A DNA stretch of 64,000 nt, taken from Botryllus schlosseri. Its lineage: Eukaryota. The notes under the pieces were generated by a model. The model was not told the origin of the DNA. It saw only the letters and a list, made by a program, of their open reading frames with translations, and searched no databases. Shown here in pieces: positions 38,401-46,743 of this stretch; within the stretch, counting starts at the first letter, position 1; every line of letters begins with the position of its first letter. A program made the position numbers and the translations under genes. The stretch is from NCBI GenBank assembly GCA_051294905.1, contig CM119371.1, positions 39,000,001-39,064,000 of the forward strand, given 5' to 3'.

Positions 38401-41271
38401 CACAAAAGTCCTTCTCTGATTGTATCTTTTGATGCGACTCAACTCGAGTATTTTTTTATTTTATCACCCATTGTTTGTGTCGGAGTTCGAGTAATTCTAC
38501 AGGTCGCGCCCAAGTCCAAATCACAATTTTCAGTACGAATCATCAACGGGTCCTGTTTAACCATTATAAACAATGCCACGTAATAGGTAATCTTCCACTG
38601 AGTCGCAACTTTTGAACGCGATGTAATAGTGAGGTTTAATGAGTAGTTTTAGAGCGAATTGTAAGTTCTTAAATTTTAAAAAAATGGTAGGTAAAAATTG
38701 TCGAATACTTCGAAATCCCAAATGTCGTCGCGGGCCGCATGCGGCCCGCGTGTTTGAGACCTCAGCTCTAATGGGTAATTCGGGGTTTGATCGAAAGTGA
38801 CCTTTTTTTAATCAACCTCACAAAATGTAAGTAAAAAGTGGTATACCTGGAATCGAACGAAAGTGATGACCTTTTTTTAGTCAACTCACCGGATTTTACA
38901 GCAAAAATTGCGAAATCGGCTGTTTCCAGTCTTCATCAACTAACTTTTCTGATTTGGTAAAAGTGTCCTCCTTTCGCGATTCCAAAATATGGTAACTCTA
39001 TTCTAACAGCGTCCACGATCATGAAGCTGTGACTACTATCCAATCAGGTGTGATAAAACAATGCAATCACCATTCACCAAGCCCGTCATAATAATAATCC
39101 ATTAGCATAGATAACTAACCTACGTAGGGTAGGTTAGTTATCTATAGTTACAGTCACCCATAAATCTACCAATTTATTATGAATCAATCATCCGGAAACA
39201 TCTGTCACGTGTATGCAGGGCCGTAACTACCGTCCCCCAAACCCCCCCAATGAGGGGGGGCGAGCTCGAAATGGGCCCCAAATTTTTTGGTGAATTAGCA
39301 TAAATTATAGAGTATTTCAAGTTGCCAAATGTTACAATTATTGGGTACTCTTCCCCAAGGAAAAATACACAAGATTTATATAAATGGGCATATCGGCGTT
39401 GGCCATTACCGCGCCACGACGCACCAAGACATATACAGTTTTAGGCCATGTAACACGTGACTCCAAGAAGTGTGCCAGAACGATCGGCAGCGAGAAACCT
39501 TGGCCGAAAAGGAGTGCCCTTATGGTGACGGAAAACTTCGTTGTATATACGATATACAGATAGGTTTATTTGTCCATAGGCGCCTAAATCACTGGGGCCG
39601 AATGTTCCTGTCTTGGTAATCTGAACCTCACAAGACAAGTACCATCCCGCAGGGAAAAATTAGATGCCAGTGAAGAAATACCAATTTGAAATCGTGTTAT
39701 CTATTAGTTTAGTACGTTTGGGCGATCCTATATTTTTGATATAGCAGACAGCAGGCCACGAAATAACATCATGTAACGAAGTCATACCAACGAGTCCGCC
39801 CGTCAGAAGATGTTTAATTATTATTTACGGGCTCTACAGTTTCAAAGACACCTCGCTCAGCTCTACCGGTAAATCTGATTACGTGAGTAGAGAGGACAAG
39901 AAATTGATAGCAATATACATGCAATTCCCGATCTTATTAACCGATTTTATCATGAATTATCAAAAATTTTCGCGCTTCGCGCTATCTAACTGAACAGTAC
40001 AACTGTAATTTCGTGGCAAAGGCGAACAACGTGATTGGGAGGGGGTCGGTTTAGCACCCTGTGGGAGCCCAAGACTCAAGTTTTCTGGGGGCCTGACGAA
40101 GTGCTGTTTCGTTTCTGACAACGGGTATACACCCGAGATGTTCAATTATTATTGAGGGGTCCTACCTTTTCAAGCACACCTTACTTAGCTCTACCGGTAA
40201 ATCAGATTACGGAAGCAGAGAGAGGATAAAAATTGATAGCAATATATAAGCAATACCGATCATATTGACCGATTCAGTCATGAATTACAGAAATTTCTCG
40301 CGCTTCGCGCGATTAAGCAGACAAAACTGACTCGCTAAACGGACACCCAATCTATAAACAGCGTCATATTGACCGATTAAGTCATGAATTGTACAAATTT
40401 TTCGTGCTTCGCGCGATTAGGCTAGCAAAGCAGACTCACTAAACGGACAGCCAATGAATAAACAGCGTATATCCAATGTAGAGAGCGAATAGTCGGAGAG
40501 GGTCTGGGGGGCGAAGCCCCCCCGAAGTCCGGTTTACCACCCTATGGGGGGCCCTAAACCAACGTTTTTTGGGGGGGGGCTGACGAAGTGCTGTTACGGC
40601 CCTGCGTGTATGTATTTGTATATTATACTAATGCGGGCGGATCGACAAATTACCTGGTCCGACTCTGAACCTGTTTTTCAATTCTCTGATCCGATTTCGA
40701 TCCGACTCCTGTGCCAGATTATTGAAATGACGGTGATCCGATCCTAAAAACTCCGATAATAATCCTCTTCGAGTATCTGTTTCTGGTGAGCTACAAAAAC
40801 AGTAGCTCACACGGTACGGGTTGCAGGATATATTGCAACAAAAGAAACATGACATTAAAACTAGCAGGTTTGTGTTTGTATTGAATAATAAAACTAATAC
40901 ACTAAGCAGGTGCGGTTGGTGGTTATTGCTGTCATGTTCATCAATAAAAATTTTGACCGTATTATCGAAAGTACTGATCCGACTCCGGCCGTATCAGAAA
41001 AATGCTGCCCCGGTCCGAACCTTCTCCAGTCAAAAATGAGAAAATCCGGCCGTATATCTAATCCGGCTCCGACTATGCCCCGCTCTAGTCTATACCAGTA
41101 GAAAATATCGGGAAATTCATACGCACGAACTAATAATATTCGAATATTTTAGATGACTTTTGCATGACGGAACCTTGTATGAATGGAGGTACCTGCGTCA
41201 AAAACGGGAAGTCCTATAGCTGCAGCTGTTCCTGGTCATCTTCGGGAGCGCTATGTCAATACGGTTTTTAG
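8414..41271 (+). CDS. Secreted mosaic protein, CCP(sushi)x5-MAM-EGF-CCP-MAM-EGF-MAM-EGF-EGF, 21 coding exons, about 947 aa
   Basis: Exons with GT-AG ends and compatible phases: 8414-8465 (signal peptide [17 protein letters not shown]); 11351-11524 (CCP1); 12472-12570, 13767-13949 and 16702-16803 (CCP2-3, split across exons); 16856-17035 (CCP4); 20532-20759 (CCP5); 20868-20939, 21184-21328, 23070-23230 (MAM1); 23296-23406 (EGF1); 23910-24137 (CCP6); 24246-24323, 26471-26618, 28247-28407 (MAM2); 28470-28580 (EGF2); 29312-29383, 30855-31002, 31152-31312 (MAM3); 31382-31492 (EGF3); 41153-41271 (EGF4 plus TAG). The lengths sum to 2844 nt with no internal stop. Domain calls rest on the CCP pattern C..P..NG...Y.C..GY...C...W...C, the MAM pattern NCTF...C....W...LTSP...CVVF.YY...W...C, and six-Cys EGF spacing. 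Confidence 0.85.
8595..9483 (+). mobile_element. Same hAT derivative, copy 2 (intron 1 of the CCP-MAM-EGF gene)
   Basis: Aligns with 6325-7179 in reverse orientation. Ends in cgcccta; gtaatcag occurs at both flanks. Confidence 0.75.
12645..13232. mobile_element. Foldback MITE with CATAG termini and 7-bp TSD (P-element-like)
   Basis: Almost the whole 588 bp is one inverted repeat. Termini are catag and ctatg, flanked on both sides by atcagac. Confidence 0.75.
14757..16224. mobile_element. hAT/Charlie-type MITE with a nested element at about 15170-16157
   Basis: TIR cagtggttcccaa / ttgggaaccactg; TSD gtttagag/gtgtagag. The internal segment starting caggaccgtaac is homologous to 39216-40604. 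Confidence 0.7.
18486..19481. mobile_element. hAT-type MITE with GTTCAC subterminal motifs
   Basis: Ends tagggttggtgtgaac and gttcgcaccagccgta; perfect TSD caaaatag. A partial second copy lies at about 32370-33064. Confidence 0.8.
20050..20449. mobile_element. MITE with TTTAAAAC motifs
   Basis: Ends in aaatgcaacccta, is homologous to the sequence starting tagggttggatttaaaac near 2322, and is absent from the paralogous intron 23407-23909. Confidence 0.55.
21424..21541 (+). repeat. Degenerate TTAGGG-like tract
   Basis: gggttagggtcggg...gggttagggttagatttggg. A similar short tract lies at about 49835-49895. Confidence 0.5.
24493..26360. mobile_element. Degenerate Charlie-type MITE hosting the solo LTR
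   Basis: Ends resemble (ca)gtggttcttaacc and ggttgggagtcactg, with gagccgc subterminal motifs. It is absent from the paralogous intron. Confidence 0.5.
24594..25293 (-). mobile_element. Solo LTR (700 bp)
   Basis: TGT...ACA termini, 4-bp direct repeat aata on both sides and strong C/A strand skew. It is absent from the paralogous intron 20940-21183. Orientation is inferred from an AT-rich patch followed by GT-rich sequence on the minus strand. Confidence 0.65.
26981..27835. mobile_element. hAT/Charlie-type MITE
   Basis: TIR caggggtgggca / tgctcacccctg; GGCCCGC subterminal motifs; TSD atttaacc/atctaacc. Confidence 0.75.
29554..30468. mobile_element. hAT-type MITE with GACTCGAGTCAAGTC subterminal arrays
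   Basis: TIR cagtgttgggat / atcccaacactg; perfect TSD cattgtat. Partial copies lie at about 7420-7689 and 49033-49142. Confidence 0.85.
33445..35055. mobile_element. hAT-type MITE with (GTAATT)n subterminal microsatellites
   Basis: TIR cagagttggatcaatt / aattgatccaactctg; perfect TSD gttaccat. It contains an internal inverted repeat at about 33800-33910 and 34230-34345. Confidence 0.85.
35080..36427. mobile_element. hAT/Charlie-type MITE
   Basis: Ends caggggtttttaacc and ggttgagaaccgctg; perfect TSD ctttagga. Confidence 0.8.
35780..36318. mobile_element. hAT/Charlie-type MITE nested in 35080-36427
   Basis: Ends caggggtgggca and tgcccacctctg; perfect TSD tattagat. Confidence 0.8.
36586..38765. 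mobile_element. hAT/Charlie-type MITE with a nested TIR element
   Basis: Ends cagaggcctcaaac and gtttgagacctcag; GCGGGCC motifs; TSD ctttagtg/ctctaatg (2 mismatches). Confidence 0.6.
37020..37985. mobile_element. TIR element, possibly Tc1/pogo-type
   Basis: Inverted repeat gggagatgtggtaccgatggatca / tgatccatcggtaccacatctccc. Exact ends and TSD are uncertain. Confidence 0.6.
39216..40604. mobile_element. hAT-type non-autonomous element
   Basis: TIR cagggccgtaac / gttacggccctg; perfect TSD cgtgtatg; internal direct duplications. Relatives lie at about 15170-16157, 21900-22400 (reverse) and 43974-44200. Confidence 0.85.
41153..41271 (+). CDS. EGF exon, probable last coding exon of the CCP-MAM-EGF gene
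   Basis: Acceptor ttttag| is followed by [39 protein letters not shown]. The flanking sequence resembles the flanks of the EGF3 exon at 31382-31492. Confidence 0.7.
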
Positions 41272-43973
41272 GTACGGATTTTCACGGAGTCACTGGAACA
41301 TCTTGTAACAACAATTTTCTGGAAAACGTCATCAGCGGATTGTGACAAACATATGTTGAGGCACTGATCCCCTCAGAATCCGGTTTACATATATATGGAC
41401 CCAAAATGGTAGCTGATTCAGTCGGCGACTTGTTTCTATCACGATAGCTCGGGTTAGGTTACCATACGTCCTTCTTTAGTAGGATTTGTCCTCCTTTCTC
41501 AAGAAATCGGAAATATTCTCCGAGGAAGCCCGACACAAATGTCCGCCTTTTTGGCTATTCATCCTTCTTCATAGCTTTGAGAGCAAGGCGACTATACGCG
41601 AAATCTTGATGTCAATTTTTTTTAGTCCACGTAATCATGTTTACCGTAAAATTGTTGAGATTACCGTCCGTTACCAGATATTTCGCAACTTGTAAAAACT
41701 GTACTCATTTTCGATCTCAAAATATGTTTACCCTACAATGGCAGTATTCACACACAGGCTACGCAATAAGCTACTGTAGATATCCACAATTGAAGGTATT
41801 AGTAATCTGGTATATGAATGGGAAATAGGACTACATAACATATATGTCAGTAAAGTAAATGAATTTGCTCTGCACTACATGTTGGCCGTCGCAACTGCAC
41901 GATTCATAATACCGTCATTTTGCGAAGTGGATACCTTATTGTATCACTGCGCTGCGATTGTCCAATTGTTATCTTACAGTGAGTGAGGCAAATCCATCTG
42001 TGCCTCACCTGGTCATTGTTTCTCCGCGCTGTCATTGTACGTCACAAAGACGGATCTCCCATTCCTCGGCAATTTGGAGGGGTTCTGGTGCTCTGGCGCT
42101 AATGATGTTTAGATTTTCGGAATCGGAGCGACTGAGCTTATTAGTATGTTGAATTGCGCTATCACAAATGAGGCTCGGTCCATCTGTTCCTCACCTCTCC
42201 TTTCGCGCTATATTTTTGGCCAATATATATGCAAATTCCCTGATTTTTTGGTGTTTGCTTCAAAATTAGTCATTCATGAATATCGATATAAATTACCCAT
42301 AATCATTTAGGATTTCACAATTAACTTTACTCATCCTGACAACAGATGATGCACTAGCCTACCTCACTCTCCTACCCTGACTGCACGTCAATGTGTTGTG
42401 ATGCAAAATGCGGCTGTTTCGCTGCAGAATTTTACCTTTCCGCAATAGGCTCATCAAACAAGAACAATCGGCATGAATGGCCTAACACAGTGGTTCTTAA
42501 ACTTTTTATAGCCGTGAATTAATTTCTGATTCGAAAATTTTCCAAGGACTAACCTTTAAATTTGGTAAAGTGATTAGGCTACTACGGCAAGATTTTGCAA
42601 CTTTTTCCGACAGTTTCCTAGATACTCAGAATCCATGTATTATGGTGTTTCAAGCTGTTTGGGGGGATTTAATTGTGTAACTTTTTGCAACTTCTCTCCA
42701 GTTGTCCTGCAACTTTTATCAGATATCGCGTGAAAAGGTAAAGGAGTGATTCAAAAACAAGCTATAAACTATTTATACTATGGTTCTAACCTCTCATAAT
42801 ATGTTTGCTGCATCTGATTGTTATCTATACGACACAATGGCTTGCAAGCGAGAAGCTCAACTACCCCTGCAAAGCACGACCTTGTCCGGACACTATGTAA
42901 ATAGATCGCTATATTAATTCTGTCGCTTAAATTTGACATAGTTTCCCGTTTCACGAACGCCCAATTATAAAGTCACCTTTTTCAGTTGATTTTGTTAAAG
43001 TCGCTAAAAATGAACTTTTCTGCAGTGCCTTTGGTCAACTTTGCAGACCTCGGGGGTCTGGGGTGTATTATTTGACTTGGTTTAGGTGGAGGGGTTATCG
43101 CTATGCTGTTTGGCTTTTATTGGGAAAATTATTTCCGATTGCGTAATTTTCTTGATGTGTGCCGGTAAAAAATGTAATTTTTGGCGGTCTCGCCAGTCGC
43201 CGACCGTCCGTGGAATGGCAAAGTAACAAATTAGACAGCTATGCAGGATCCAGTTTATACATCGGAACCTTTCGAGTATTTCTTGCCGTAATAATTCAAC
43301 GAAAATTATAAATGCAACTTTTTACTGCAATTTTTGTTAAAGATAGGTGCAACTTTCTCGTGATTTTAGTGCAACATAAACTTGCCCTAGTGATTACTAA
43401 AATAAAGGTCAGCACTTTCACCAAGATCTACTAACGGCCTATTTGGGAAGCTGATTACTAAATAATTAGGAAGTCAGCACCTCCACGACCCCCAGAAAAG
43501 GCAAACGATCCCTGGGCGGAGTAACACTGCCACGGTGGGAATGACGATGACATCGCACTTGAAATCGTTCTTCAAGGTCGAATATCGTCATTGCTCGAAA
43601 CAATAACAATTTTTGAATTTGAGGGCTCCAGTGCCCTGACCAGATTATAGTTTAGTTTCTCGGAATCACCGCGATAGTAGCTTTCGTTTAACACCATTTT
43701 TCTTCAATTTTTCGCTTAGGTTGTCACTTGTCAGCAATAGGCCGATGGTGATGTTTACGAAGAGTCCAAGCTGTTTTTTTTATCTGGGTGAAGGCTGTGA
43801 ACTAACTTGCTTTCAGTGAAAAAGAAGAAACTCGATTCTCAGTGCAGAACTACGGTTCGATATTTTATCGGCCATGTATCTCTTCATGAATAAATATGAC
43901 TTACAAGAGTGTGACGTTGACTTTAGACGTGCAACTTTAGTGGCTCGCATCATTCATACAATGTCCCTACATG

Positions 43974-44200
43974 CAGGACCGTAACAGCTGTACCCCACAC
44001 CCGCCAAGTAGAGGGGCTCTCAATTATTTAGTAGACAAACAAAGCCGAATATGTTTGTTTGAATATGTCACGCATGTGATGAAATGATGCGTAGCAGGGA
44101 GGATGGTATAGAGGCGAAGCCTTCAGAAGCTGGTTTGAATACCCTGGGGGCCAGGACCAGCGTTTTGGCGAGGGCCTGACAAAAAAATGTTATGGTCCTG
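43974..44200. mobile_element. Short MITE with the same termini as 39216-40604
   Basis: Ends caggaccgtaac and gttatggtcctg; TSD cctacatg/cctagatg. Confidence 0.7.
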
Positions 44201-44483
44201 CCTAGATGTATGTGCCAAATGATATAGGTCTGTTCCAACTTTTAACTGTTTGACCTGTTTTCATCTTATTTGCGACGTGAGACGCGACAAGATATTTTAG
44301 CATGCTTCTATACTGCATCAATGTGGCTGACTGGAACCCCAAGGATCCTATTGCTGCACCTTGTATTATATTTTGACTGCAATTGTATTCCATAGAACTG
44401 TCTGTACGGGTATGTTATCGATGGCTGCTTAGCACTTCAGTACAATCTACAGTCCGAGACACGCGATCACATATGATGTACAT

Positions 44484-45245
44484 CAGCGGTCACCAACACG
44501 CGGCCCGCGAGGTCACATTTTGCGGCCCGCGACTTGATTTGAGGTTTTTTGAAATTTGATTTGAAATTGACTACAGTTTCGACATATTCTTGATGTTGTT
44601 TCAAAATAAGCTATTTTGCGATGCCCAACACCACTAAGAAAACGGCTTAGGGCAGTGGCAGGGGGCGTGAAAGCATCTGATGGGGGCGCTGAGCTGCGGT
44701 CAAGTGAATAATTTTTCGCGCACTGGGCGATTCATATATAGTCCGGAATTCGTATTATAGAATTCTCTCATCAACAGTGATAACCTTCAATGCCATCAAA
44801 CTATCCGTTGGGATTGCTAGCATTCTGGTTGCATTTTGTGATATGTCGATAAGGGGGGGGGGGGGGGGGAATGTTTGCAGTATCATCAAGAAGATCAAGC
44901 TTTACCTGGAGATGGTCTTACTGCTAGTAACGTGTCTCGCTAGCCGTAATATCGATTCCTTATTCGCTGAAAACCGTTTCCAGTTAACGTGCACAGCAGA
45001 GTTCAAAATGAAGTGAAATTGATGATAATGATTTTTTCTTGCATTTGCATTCCTTTATTAAAATTACTTTTGTGGTCACTATGCCCATCGCCTCCGTTAG
45101 GTGGCACAGCGTCGTACGGACGTAGAGTTTTAAAACGTAGGCCCCGGTGGTTATCTATTTTATATCGATGTTGAATACATACGGCCCGCGGCCGCTAGGA
45201 AATTTGAGAAGTAGCCCGCGACCCGTTTTGAGTTGGCGACCCCTG
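44484..45245. mobile_element. hAT/Charlie-type MITE
   Basis: Ends cagcggtcaccaac and gttggcgacccctg; GGCCCGCG motifs; perfect TSD atgtacat. Confidence 0.8.
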
Positions 45246-46743
45246 ATGTACATTGTACAAACGATGCGCCAGCACTATGTAATCCTAGAAACGTCTTCTC
45301 CTAATTACAATTTCTTGTAGATAAAACTCAAAAAGAGCGTCTCTGCGGCCATCGGGAATAAATTGAGAACATATTGATATATCGTACAGATAACGATGTT
45401 TAAATCTCATCTCGTGGTCGAATGTTTTTGTGTTGTAAAGTTAGGCAATATTCCACGACATGAACGATGTAGCAACGCGAGCTGCGAAAGTAAATCTGTA
45501 AATCCTCCTGCTTGTGAAGTTCCAGCACCTAACTATGAAGGCTTTCTGCAAGCGCAACTTCCTGATTTGAGTGTTCACATTCGCAGAAGCTTACTAATTT
45601 GAGCTCAACTTTTGAGGCCCTCTTGTTAAATCGGGCGCAAAACACTGGCTCACGCCGACTTGCTTCTGAACTCGCGTTTAAATGATAAAGACACCAATAG
45701 GACGTCACAAAACACAACCGCATTAAGTCGCTCAGCTTCATGTTAATCTTACAGACAGCTTCTCACAAATAATCACACTAGCAGAGACGGGAACTAAGAA
45801 ATGAATCTTTTGGAACCTCATGAAAGAAATAATGGAACGAAATCACGTCAAATAACAAAGAGTACCAGCACAGAGTGTAAGAACACTAAAGATTCAAACA
45901 TAACATCGCATCCTTTCCAAGCCCGTCACAAACAATGCTAGCGAGAATGAGAAGGTCCCAAAACCATAGCCGGCCAACTAAGACAGCCCAGGAGCCTCTG
46001 TGGTTAAGTTGAGAAAAAATTGGTACCAACGAAATGTTTGCACAGAAAATGTGTAGGACCGAGCATTTATAGTAACAACGCCCAAAACTAGAGATTCTCA
46101 CTATGACTTGGAGCAAAAAGGTTTAAAGACACCGTGACATCAATGACGTGCAAGAAAAATGGAAACAAGGGACTACTATTGCAAGCAGCACAGAATTAAT
46201 TCACGTTGAAATGGAAATGGTGACATGATAGCAAGACGTGACACGAAAATGAACCAATATCAAATTTAAACGGGCAATAATTATGTATGGTAAAATATCA
46301 AAATTGAAATCATTTCGCCAAAAAAAATCTTATCGTTTTCTATGGTTTTCTCGAAATACGTTTACAAAAAGAAATCGGCACTGATATTTGGTGAAACGCG
46401 ATCGTATAGTAACATGCTGTAGAATTTCCAGGAAAACCAAACAGCAGGTTATAATCAAAATTAGAGCCAGTGTAGTGGGGAATTAGAATTGAAGCTAGTT
46501 TTTTTTTCAAATTAAATTAGAAATTGAGAAGTAGAATTATCTAGTTGTCCAAGTCTTAGTGCGATTCTATAACAGTAAATCTAACGGACCAACATCGACG
46601 CGACAACATATCAGGAAACCATTTACATCACAATTTAAACAGACAGTCTGCTGGCGACACTTTATCATGCAAGGTGAAGTTAATTTCGGCCTTTGGGTCT
46701 GTTTTTGGGTTATAAAGTCACATGCCAAAAAAGAGATCACCAC

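Larger units (their letters stand above)
33433..39000. mobile_element. Host hAT-type MITE (about 0.4 kb of its own sequence) expanded to 5.6 kb by nested insertions
   Basis: Ends tatggttaccat and atggtaactcta; TSD ttgtaaca/ttctaaca. Removing the inserts restores ttaccatacgtc...ggatttgtcctcc, as in the uninterrupted end at about 41455. Confidence 0.7.
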
